Part shown: positions 1-10,432 of the stretch, piece by piece
Numbering within the stretch: the stretch's first letter is position 1
Layout: every line of letters begins with the position of its first letter
Assembly: GCA_001724265.1 (NCBI GenBank)
Contig: MEDY01000051.1
Coordinates: forward strand, 62,001-105,669
DNA length: 43,669 bases
Direction of reading: 5' to 3'
Origin: Rhizaria sp. SCN 62-66
Lineage: Eukaryota
Position numbers and translations under genes: made by a program
The notes under the pieces: model-generated
Seen by the model: only the letters and a program-made list of their open reading frames with translations
Databases searched by the model: none
Told to the model about the DNA's origin: nothing

Positions 1-755
1 TGCTGTTTCGCGACTGCGCCCGCGTTGCTCCTCTCTTCTCCGATCCGCTCCTGACTCTTGCTCTCTCCTCACATTCATCGCGCAACATCACGTACAGTCG
101 TCTCAGATTTGTTTCGTACATTCCATTCTCTTATTTCTCCTGCAGTACATAGGAGTCGCAGTCGCCGCGTGGTCTTCTCCTCGCGCGCGTGTGCTTGCTT
201 ACCAGTCTGTTTTGTCAGTTTATTTGTTCGTTTCGTCTCTTTCGCACCACAGTTTTGTTTGTTTTATTTTTATCTATGTGTCATATACGATTATGTATAT
301 CTTCATTTATATATCTCAATCTTTCTCTGCACTGTATCTGCATGTCACTGCTGCACACACACACACACATATGGTTCTCGAATGAACGTATGTAGCGACT
401 ATATCTGCGTTTGTTTCTGCCCCGCGTCGTGTTCGCCAGCTGCCCGCTGCCGATTTATTTGTCTCACCTGGCCACGTATGTCATGTCAATGACTGTTCTT
501 TCTGCCCCCTGCATGCTCTGTCTTGTATTTTGTGTATAGTTCGTCTGTGTATGTCGTGATGTTACTTATTTTGACATCAATTTCTTCTTCTCGACCACTT
601 TGGTCCCACGTGCGGCTGTGCTGTTTTAATAACAGATACACACACCAGCACGTCAAGCCAGGAGCATAGTGGGCTACCTGCGCTGCGACTGCAAAGACAC
701 ATTTGATTCTGACTTTGTCCTGACCGCCTTCGCGAAGCAGCGTGAAGAGAGATAA
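1..755 (+). CDS. Possible 3' part of a multi-exon gene of unknown function, truncated by the window edge
   Basis: GC-richer blocks alternate with T-rich intron-like segments. Candidate exons are 1-91, 146-188, 396-475 and 636 onward (donors GTACAG at 92 and GTATGT at 476; acceptors TGCAG 145, TAG 395, CAG 635). The last exon ends at TGA 721-723 or TAA 753-755 depending on phase. No recognisable homology. Confidence 0.3.
354..369 (+). repeat. (CA)n microsatellite in intron-like sequence
   Basis: A cacacacacacacaca run is directly visible. Confidence 0.8.
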
Positions 756-1215
756 GAGACTGTTTGAGTCGAGAGCACACTTCTTGAGTTTAGAATCATA
801 TTAACGCATCGAATACAATTTGCATGGATATTATCCTCATACGATCTACGAAAAAACCACCCTTCAGTTTGCATCTGCATCATTTATCGGCATAATTTGT
901 GACTGGTGACAGTAGTGTGGTGACCTGGCGACACACAACGGCAGAGAAAAGCAGCCGACCCCACTCGTGAGGAACGATTTTTCTGAACAAAAATTCAGTG
1001 TGTCTGTTCGGCCAACTGAAATGTAACCAAGTGAAATGACTACTATATCAACATTTATTTTGTAAATCCACAAGTTTGCTTCAAAATTGCGTATAACTAC
1101 GATGTAATATCTTGTGATACTTTTCCTTCTCCACCTTCCCTTACAACGCAATAATCTTCATTCTTCTTTGTCACAGGCTGTCTCCTCGAGCTCGGTGGCG
1201 TTTTCTTTACCACGA

Positions 1216-4200
1216 ATGGAGAGTATCCCGACGGAGCTTCAACGCGCCGTGCGCGAGGATGCGCCATCACTTGTCTTCCCCGCTGGCGACGCTACCTTGT
1301 CCGCGTCGCTATCCCAGTCTATGGTAACTTCTCCCGAGTTTATCTACCTCGCTGCGGATCACGGTGCTGCTGCCTTGCTCAGCGCCATCTTCAAACAGTA
1401 CCCCACGACTAGTCCCAACATTTTGCGCCCGTCTGCACCGCTGAATGCACCCGTCTCATACGACGCAAAGGCCTGTAGTGTTCACGACTCCCTCCTCACG
1501 ATTGCAGCGCGCCTTAACAGCGAGCCCCTCGTTGCCGCGCTCCTCGCCTCCCACGCAGATCCTAACGCAACTCGCTCTCTACTCCTTGGCGGCACACCCC
1601 CTCTTACTGCCGCTCTTGCGTTGCTGCCTGCTTCAGAGCCCGTTCTTAAGCTTCTGCTGGGTGCTGGTGCCGACCCTGCTCCTCCTGTCTTATTCCCGTC
1701 CTTTCTCTCCCCGCTCGCGGCCGCCGCGCGCGTGCCGATGACCGGCGCCGGGTACGAAGCTCTGGCTCGCTATCTTTGCTGCACGTTTGCCACGTATTCC
1801 CTTGCGTCGCCGCGGTTAATGACCTTGCTGCGCTCAGAGATCCGCGAGGCACTCGACCAGACCACAACGAAGCGGCTCGAGACACTCGAAGCACCCAAGA
1901 AGTCGGTCATCACTGAGAAGAAACGCAACAAGAAGAAGGCTATGAGCAGCTCCGGCGGTCCGTTTGGCTTTCTCGGTTTCGGCAGCTCTGGTGCGAACAC
2001 GAAAGACAACGAAGATAGCACGATCGATGATGAAAACCAGGTACGTCTCCGCTTCTTACTTCTGGCACTATATGCACCAGAGAAAATGTCTCAACGTCTT
2101 TCAGTTTCGAGACATTTTGTTGTGTCGACATATTTTGAAATACTATGTCTTTGATTTTCCTTTCAAATATCCGATTGATCACACTAAGTCACCCGTTTGT
2201 TCTTTGTCATCTTCAGGAGGTCAACCGCGAGGACGAAAGCGATATCGACAGCGATGAGAGCGGCGCCGATGTGGACGACGACGACGACCTCGAAGACTAC
2301 ATTGGCTTCCGGCCCCCGTCGCTCGGCCGCGTGCGCGGCAAGCGCCGCCGCATCGCCAAGACCTTTATCTCCGAGTCTATGCCTATGGACCGCACAAAGC
2401 GCTGCGAGGACGCCGCGTCGGCCGCCGCGCGCGAGCTGCTCGACGCCGCCACCGAGGCCGCGTCCGACGCGTCCGCCGCCGCCTCGACTGTGTCTACGGA
2501 CTCGGACGGCGGCAGCACGCGCGGCGTCGCCGCGCGCCGCGCCTGCTCGCTGCTCGAGGCGGCAGTCATGTACGACTCGCCAATGCTGCTGCATCTTACC
2601 CTCACGCTCACCGTCGCCAGCGCCAACATCAACAACGCGGCCGTCACCGCCGCGGTTGACGCGGCCACTTTACCGAGTTTTTTCTCCAGGAAGACGGTGA
2701 ACACCTCAGACGACAAGAGTATCACCTCTCTGACTGTGCCACCGTTGACTGGCGCATCGTTCGCGGCATCCCCGCCCTCGCTGCCCTCTGCCGTGGGAAG
2801 CGCCGCATCCGCAAGCAGCGATGCGCTTACCAAGTACCAGCGTAACTCCAAGCACAACAAGTATACGGCGATGCGCGCGACGGTGCATGCGGAGCAGCGG
2901 TCAGGTCGTGTCGCGGACGCGAAGGAGGCGCGCCGCAAGAAGGCCCTTCTCGTGAAGCAGCAGCAAAGTCAGGCCGGCAGCGACGCTGTCGCGCAGTACA
3001 GCGCCGACGCGGACCCCGCGTTCGCGCGCGACGCGGTGGCGACGGCGCCGCGGTCGCAGCGCGCCAAGGAAGCGCTCTCGCTCGCCGCGGCCGCCAACGA
3101 GGAGGCGTGGTGGGAGCATTGCGCCGACTACGCGTGCCCTCTGGCGAGCTCTGTGGGCACCGGCGCCGACCGCGCTGCCGCGAGTGGCGCCAGCGGCTCT
3201 GGGAGCACTGCATGTGGCTGGTGCGCCGTCGCCAACACGTTCATCGCTGCCCCGCCCAGCAAGGATACTTTGGCTGTGCTGGCAGACTACCTCGGCTCCC
3301 GCTCAGTGGCGCTGATGTGGCGCGCGCTCGCCCGCTCCGGCAACGCGTGCGCCGCGCGCGCCGTGGCGACGATGTTCTACTACCTCGATGAAGACAACGC
3401 AGCCGCCACCACGAGTTCAGGCTCAGTCAAGAGCGACAACAGCATCTTCGCCAACGCCGTTGCTCCGACTACGTTCTTCACCACCGGCCAGCCCAGCGAC
3501 ATCAGCGCGCTCTGGTCGCTGTTCTCCCCCGCCGACGCCCTGGGCAGCCCGCTGGCCGGCCGCGGCGGGTTCCGTTTCTACTCGTCTCTGATCCGCGCCG
3601 GCCACCTGCGCGCCGTGCCCGGGCTCGCGCGCGTGCTCGGCGTGCGCTCCGCATCGCTCAGAGACCTCAAGTGCGCGCTTGGGCTCGCGCTCGACGCCGT
3701 TACGCGCGTGCACGCCGAGGCCGCCCGGCTCCAGCGCGCCACTGCCGCGGATCCCGCAGCAGCCGCGGACGCCGCCGCGCTGGAGAGCCTCGCCGCAGAG
3801 GGCCGCGCCGCGGCGGACGCTGCGGAGCTGTTCGCGTGCTGGCTGCACAGCGCGCCGTGCCCCGTGCAGCTGCCGAACGCGCTGTCAGTGGCGCCGCTGC
3901 TGCGCGCCGGCCATGTCGCCTCGGTGGCGCGCATCGCGAGCCTCGTCCCGCACTTCACTGCGGCGACGGCGGCGACGGGCGCGCCCACAGCGGCCGTCCC
4001 GCTGTCGAACCGCGAGCGCGCGGCGGGGCTCGAGTTCCCCAACCGCGCGGCGTACGGCGCCACGGCCTCGGTCGCTGAGACGCTCGTTGCGCGCGCCTTC
4101 ATGGAGTTCGTCGCCGCGGGCGACGCCGCGAGCGTGCTGGCGCTCTACAGCCATACGGGCACCGTCAACGTGTCCACGCCGGGAGGCTGGCTGCGCACGC

Positions 4201-6761
4201 CGCTCGCCGTCGCCGCGGCCGGCAACGCCGTCGTCGCGCTCGTCGCGCACTCGAGCTTCCTGCACGCGCACCGCAAGGTCCTCTTCGTGCGTGAGTACGG
4301 CGCCAGGCGCTCCGACGTTGCGCCCGGCCGCGGCTCGCTCGTGTCGCCGTCGGAGCCCGCGGCGTGCGGCGGCGCCGGCGTGGTCTATACCGAGACGGAG
4401 AGGAACCGCGATCTGTTCGTGCGCTTCCTGCGGGCGCTGACCGCCCCGCCGGCGCTGACGGACCCGCCGGACTCTGCCGTTGCTGCGATCCAAGCTGCTC
4501 TCAACAACAAGGACAGTTGTAGTGACCTTACCGACAACGCTGTTGCGGGTGCGGCCGTTGATGGCGTGCGCCGGTTCTCGGCCGAGGACGACGCCGTCTT
4601 GGCCGCGCTGTTCGCGTCGTGCGCCTTCGCCGGCGTCGCCCCTAACTGCCCGCGCGCGCTCGCGACTGTAGGTCACAGCAACGTCCCCATGCTGCGTCTG
4701 CTGCTCTCTCTGGGCGCGCACCCTGACTACAACTCGTTGACCGCCTGCCCGGCGCCGAACTACGCCGCGCTGAGCGATCAGGAGCAATCCGCGCTTGAGG
4801 CATCTCATTCATCAACCTCGATGTACCTCGGCTTCATTCCGCTGTCCGCGCGCATGACCCCACTGGCCCTCGCGGCGGCCGCGGCGGCCGACCCCGACGC
4901 CGTGGAGCTACTGCTCGCCGCCGGCGCGCGCGGGCCCTGGCTCTCCGTGGGTCCTTCGCCTAAGGCAGGCTTGTCGTTCGACGACTCGACGGAACTTCCA
5001 CAGTTGCTAACGATGCACGCGTATGCTCAGCCGTCGACAGACTCGGTGATGTCGATCTTCGGCGCCGCTGTGGCGCACAAGAGGCGCCGCTGGGGGCGGC
5101 AGAATGCGCACTATGTGGAAGAGGAAACTCTCGCATTACATGATGCCAGTAGTCAAGTGAGTGCCAGCGCCAGTGTAAGTGCCAGCACCAGCGCCAGCGT
5201 CAGTGCGAGTGTGAGTGCGGACGTGCGCAAGCGCATGGCCGGGGCTAGCAGGGCGGCGTACGCGGCGCAGCCGGACACGCTGTCCGCGGACGACTGGCGC
5301 CGCTGCCTGGACATCCTCGCGCTGCTCGTGAACCACGCCGTGACATCTCCTGCTGCGGCGGAGCACCGCCGCTTGCATTGCCCCACGCTGCCGACCCACC
5401 TCTCCATCGCCGACCCAAGCGCGAGCACCAAGGCGGCCAACGGCAAAAACAACGCCCTGCTTCTTCCCGGATCTCAACCCGCTGACGGCGGCTTACCCGC
5501 CGCTCCCGTCCTCACGTCACGCAACCTGCAGCTGTTTTCGACCGAGATCTACAGCGCGGCCCTGCTCCAGCTGCGGCTCGGCTACGACCACCGCTGGCTC
5601 GTCGACGCCTTCGGGCACTATTACACGTCGCTGTTTCCCGCTAAGGCCGAGATGCAACACGTGCGGAAGGTGGCCTTCTTGCTCGGCGCTATCGCCGGCG
5701 GCTATCCGGCGCTGGTGCGGCAGTGCTTTGCCAGCATGAAACCCGATTTGCTGAGCCCTGTAATGTACCAGTCGTCGCCCGCGCCGCTGCTGCACCCCAT
5801 GGAGGCTGCGCGCGGCGCGGGGTGGCAGGGCGAGCGCCTGCGCGAGAGTGATGCTGTCGATGCGGATAACAACGAGTACATCGTCGCCCCTGAGGCGGAC
5901 GACACGCTTATCAACGGCATCGTCGACAAGACCATGGACGCGTCACGCGTTGCCCTCGTTACCGCGGCGTGCCGCTTTCTGGGCGACGTCTCATTCTCGC
6001 TCGTCAACCGCACCAACAACCGCGTCCTGGCGAGCTCTGACTGGGCGCTGGCGGGGCTGCTGGGCGCCGGCGGCGCCTCCACGCCGAGTCGCACCCCGCG
6101 TGCCGACAGCATGGAGTTGTTTTCCCCGGCCGCGCTGTGGCTTACGTTCGACGCCGACTTCGTCTACAACGAGGGCACCCTGCTGCGGATTGCGCTCGGC
6201 GGGCGCCGCATGCAGCAGGTGCGCACGCTGCTGGGCTCGTCGCTGCGGCTGTCAGCGAACTCCGTCGACCCGCTGCTGCGTGCCGCCAACGACGGCACGC
6301 AGGCGTCGCTGATTCTGCGGCTGATTGCGCGCCAGAAGATTGAGAACGACGTGGAGCGCGACGTCAAGGCGCTCTTTTCCGGGATCCGCCTCGCACCGCT
6401 GTCGGTCGCGCGCAGCCTGATGGAGATCTTTCCCACCTTGCTCAACTCGAAGCACCTCAGCGTCAACGACATCTCGGTTCTGTTCCGCGACCTGCAGTGC
6501 GCGAAGCTGTTCATCCGCTACGTGAGCCCCGCGCGGCGGCACGCGCTGGTGCAGCTGATGAAGGACTGGGCCGACAGCATCGAGTGGACCTATCACTTCT
6601 TCCAGACCGCGATTGAGAGCAACAGCATGGAGGAGTACGGACACAAGGATGCCGTCATCAAGCTCGACATGGACAAGCTTAATCCGGGCAATTATTCGTG
6701 GCACGTGGCCAAGGCGACGCTGCCCTTCTCCAGGTACACGATGGAGAAGCTCCCCGTTTAA
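1216..6761 (+). CDS. Large Ala-rich protein with degenerate ankyrin repeats (~1789 aa, 2 exons)
   Basis: Exons 1216-2040 and 2217-6761 with a phase-0 intron (CAG|GTACGT ... CTTCAG|GAG). Ankyrin-like motifs: LLTIAARLNSEPLVAALLASHADPN, VLKLLLGAGADP, MLRLLLSLGAHPD, TPLALAAAAAADPDAVELLLAAGA. Stop codon is TAA. Confidence 0.8.
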
Positions 6762-7270
6762 GTGTGGCTTGTATGGCAAGACGGATTCGCCCTTGTTGCG
6801 CACCTAGAACAGATGTCAGCGTGATATGGGCTTATATGGATATCTTTTAGATATAATTGTGGTAGTTATGGTTTGTATTATTATTGAAGTTTTACAATAC
6901 ACGCTGGCTTGTCTCCTAAATCTGTTTGCCAAGCAGTAACAGTATTTATAACTCGCGTGACTCGTAGTCTCTGCGGCGATGCATCACCGTAACGGTCAAG
7001 AGGCAAAGTTTGAAATTGAGGACCCTCTGAATGCCACACAGAGACCATCAGGCTAAATTCTAGCTTCTTAATTATGCCACGCCGTCAATGTTTGTTCTAT
7101 CAATTAAATTATATATTCATATACGCTCACTTTCCTGTACTTTCACGTGTTTTTTTCATCTCAGAGCCCTTCCACTTGCTCTCGAATTGCCAGTCAATCT
7201 CTTGTTTGCCCCACACTTAAACAGCACTTTCCAACGCGCCATACTGGCCGCGCGTGTTTATCAACGCATT

Positions 7271-10052
7271 ATGTCGTACGCTCGCCCCATGGGTGTTCGC
7301 CGTGCCGCGGATCAGAGCTCCCTGCGCAGCTCGGGCGCCATGCATTCGTCCTCAGCCTCCTCAGCTCAGACCCAATCCCTGTCGGCCGCCGCTGCCGCGG
7401 CCTCGGGCCCCAGCGCGGTGCTGGCCGTGCCGCACTCGGGCGGCAACATTTACCGCGACTCCTAGACGCTGAGCCACGACCTGCTGCAGCTGAAGCGGCA
7501 GTACACAACGCTGGTGCAAGACAACTCGTACCTTAAGGCACAGCTCCAGCGCCTCGCCTCCGTGATCAAGAAGAAGGACGGGCAGCTGCAGCAGGTGCTC
7601 GGCGCCGGTCCTGCCGGTGGTGGCGCTGCGGCTGTTGCGGGCCCGGGCGGCGCTGGCGGCGCGAGGGGCATCGGCGCCCCTATTGGCAGCACTGCCTCTG
7701 GTACGTCATTTCCGTCGACTCCAACTATAAGCACGAAGTTGTGTATATCTCTCCAGGAATATAGAAGATCGTACCAACACTTGGTTTTCACATATATTTT
7801 GCCTATTTATATAGTGGTGCTACACGCATTTGTTTTTTTAGTTCATTAATCACCAGATATCCCCTAATCTTAATATCCTTTTGCTCTTGTGTTTCTCAGC
7901 CCTCGAGGCGACCGAGGACGAACGCCGGCTGCAGCGCCTGAAGCAGGAGCTCATGTCGATCGGCGTGCTGACCGAGCGCGTGCGCCTGCTGGAGACAGAG
8001 CTGGCGCAGAAGGACGCCGAGACGCGTGCGCTGCGCGCGGCGTCGAAGCAGTCTTACGTGCGCGAGCTCAGCGCAGAGGCCCAGATCTACTACAACGAGG
8101 CGCAGCGGCTCAAGAAACTGCTGGACAATAAGATCTACATGTACTCCGCCGTATACGCGCAGTCGCAACAGCAGCAACAGCAACAACAGCATTAGCAGCA
8201 ACAGCCGCAACAGCAGCAACAGCAGCAGCAGCAGCAGCAGATGAAGAGCAGTGGCAGCCGTGTCCGTTTCTCCGACAAGAACGGTACCGACCCCAACCGC
8301 GCCGTTAGCAGCGACCGCAGCAACCCAGGCTCGCCCCGTCGCAACGGCGGCAGCGGCGGCTCTGGCGCGTATAGCAACGACGGTGGCGACGACATCAACG
8401 TCTCTGGTTTCCCTCACGACGACGACACTGACCGCGGCCACGGCCACAGCCACGGCCATAACGTCGACGACATCGACGACGACATGCACGGCCACCGCGG
8501 CCACAACGGCAACAACGACGACGACGTTGCGTACGGCCCCTCGCAGCACGGCAGCGGCGGCCCCGGCCCCAGCGGTCGCGCGACCCCCTCCGACAGCAGC
8601 AACAGCAACGATGGCGGCGGCGTCGCGTCTGCGTCTGCGTCGGCCGCGGCGCGCAGCCAGGCGCGCGCGCACGCCCGCGAGCTGGCGGCGCTCGAGGCGC
8701 GGCTGCAGGCCGAGATCCGCCGCGAGCGCGCGCGCGCGGCCGAGCGCGAAGGCGAGATCTCCCGGCTCCAGGACAGGCTCACGCGCGCGCAGCGCGAGGC
8801 GGCCGAGCTCGACGACGCGGGCGCGCGGCTGGAGCTGCTGCTGGCGGAGCGCGACGAGAGCGTCACGGAGCTGCAGAGCAAGAATGCCGTGCTGCAGCGC
8901 GCGCACGCGGGCGTCGTGGCCGAGGCCGCGGCGCTCAAGCAGCAAGTCGCAGTGCTCGAGCAGTTCAAGCGGTCCATGGCGCAGTGGTCAGACGTGCTCG
9001 CCACGGCCTCCGCTGCCACTGCGGCGGCCACGACGACAACGACGACGGCGGCGACGGCCACATCTTCACCGGCACCGGCAGCGAGTTCGCAGCCACCGGG
9101 GCCGCCCGGGCTCGCTGCGTCGTTCGCCAGCGCTGACCCACACGCCCACAGCAGCGCGCACTCGGGCGGCGCGAAGCAGCACTCGCTGACCGCCGGCTCG
9201 AGCCACCCGCCCGCTGGCCCCGGCTCCGGCTCGGGCTCTAGCCTTCCCCCCAGCTCTGGCTCCGGCTCCGGATCCTGGAAGTCGAGCCCGTTCTTCGGCC
9301 GCGTGAGCGCCGCAGTGACAACGGCGGCGAGCGAGATCAAGACCAGCGTTGACTCGGAGGCCGCGGCCGCGTCTGCAAGGGCTAAGGCCGACGCTGACGC
9401 CAAGGCCAAGGCAGATGCAGAGGCCAAGGCAAAGGCTGACGCTGATGCTAAGGCTAAGGCAGATGCAGATGCCAAGGCAAAGGCTGACGCTGACGCCAAG
9501 GCCAAGGCTGAGGCCAAGGCGAAAGCCAAGGCGGCTGCGGACGCCAAGGCCAGAGCTGAGACGGAGGCCGCCGCTGCTGCAGCCAAGATGAGGGCTGCGG
9601 CCGACGCGGCGGCTGCAGAGGCGAAGGTTGAGGCCGAGGCACGGGCTAAGGCCGAGGCGGCGGCGAAGGCAAAGGCTGAAGCCGACGCTGCTGCGGCTGA
9701 AAAGGCCAAGGTTGACGCCGAGGCGCAGTCTTTCGCAGAGGCTAAGGCCAAGGCCAAGGCTGAGGCTGACGCCCTTGCCGCGGCCGCTGAGAAGGCGAAG
9801 GCTGACGAGGAGCACGCCAAGGCCAAGGCCGAGGCCGACACCAAGGCCAAGGCTGAGGCGGATGCGAAGGAGGCCGAGAGCCGGATGTTCGACGTCAGTG
9901 CGATCATGGACAACGACGACGTTTTCAGCGCCAAGGTGACCTCCAACAGTGCCGGGGGCAAGGTGATTGTGAACGGCGGCGGTGGCATCGGTGAAGAGGT
10001 TGAGGAGGACCTGGGCATGGAGATGGAGCTTGAACTGGACGAGACAGTTTAA
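7271..10052 (+). CDS. IQCE-like N-terminal coiled-coil protein with polyQ and Ala/Lys/Asp/Glu repeat tail (~860 aa if two in-frame TAGs are read through)
   Basis: Exons 7271-7700 and 7900-10052 with a phase-1 intron (G|GTACGT ... CTCAG|CC). In-frame TAG at 7463-7465 and 8193-8195. YRDS*TLSHDLLQLKR...KKKDGQLQQVL and ERVRLLETELAQKD...YYNEAQRLKKLL resemble, from memory, the IQCE segments YREKEDMYDEIIELKK...RKDRQIEQLL and YYEEVHRLQTLL. Terminal stop is TAA. Confidence 0.75.
8160..8240 (+). repeat. CAG/CAA polyglutamine tract containing one TAG codon
   Basis: CAA CAG CAG CAA CAG CAA CAA CAG CAT TAG CAG CAA CAG CCG CAA CAG CAG CAA CAG CAG... all in one frame. Confidence 0.9.
9380..9870 (+). repeat. 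Coding tandem repeat (AKAKADAD / AKAEA units)
   Basis: Repeated GCCAAGGC.AAGGCTGA units translate to AKADADAKAKADAEAKAK... Confidence 0.85.
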
Positions 10053-10362
10053 GAATAGCAACTACTCCAATCCAAATTCAAATTTATTTGAACAAACTTG
10101 CTGACGTGATCGTTGATATTTAAAAGTGTTAGACTGTATTATTATGATCATAAGCTTACGTATTTAATACGCAACAAGTTAAGAGCACACTTGTTAGTCG
10201 TGCTAACATATTTGATTAGAAAGAAAGAACAATGTGAGAAGCACAGACCCGTGTCTTCAAACTAAAATTTACCTAGAATTGAAACAATAAACAACATGAT
10301 TACAACTCATAAACTATAGCATGACGTTTGTTGAATAACAATACCATTTCTGACGCAATTCG

Positions 10363-10404
10363 TGTAAGTTCACACGATGACTGTTGTAAGTTCACACGAT
10401 GACT
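10363..10404. repeat. Perfect 20-bp direct repeat (22-bp period) just downstream of the NO66 stop
   Basis: TGTAAGTTCACACGATGACT at 10363-10382 and 10385-10404. Confidence 0.9.
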
Positions 10405-10432
10405 CTGGGGGGTTGAGATGACTGGCGCGAGT

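Noticed and set aside
968-1019. GTGAGGA...CTGA...CTGA as a possible C/D snoRNA
   Set aside because: Box C is imperfect, the element is short, and I could not match a guide to conserved rRNA.
8193-8195. Pyrrolysine, UAG-to-UGG RNA editing, or programmed readthrough
   Set aside because: PolyQ and KGQ-repeat contexts fit Gln rather than Trp or Pyl. No common 3' readthrough motif among the five sites.
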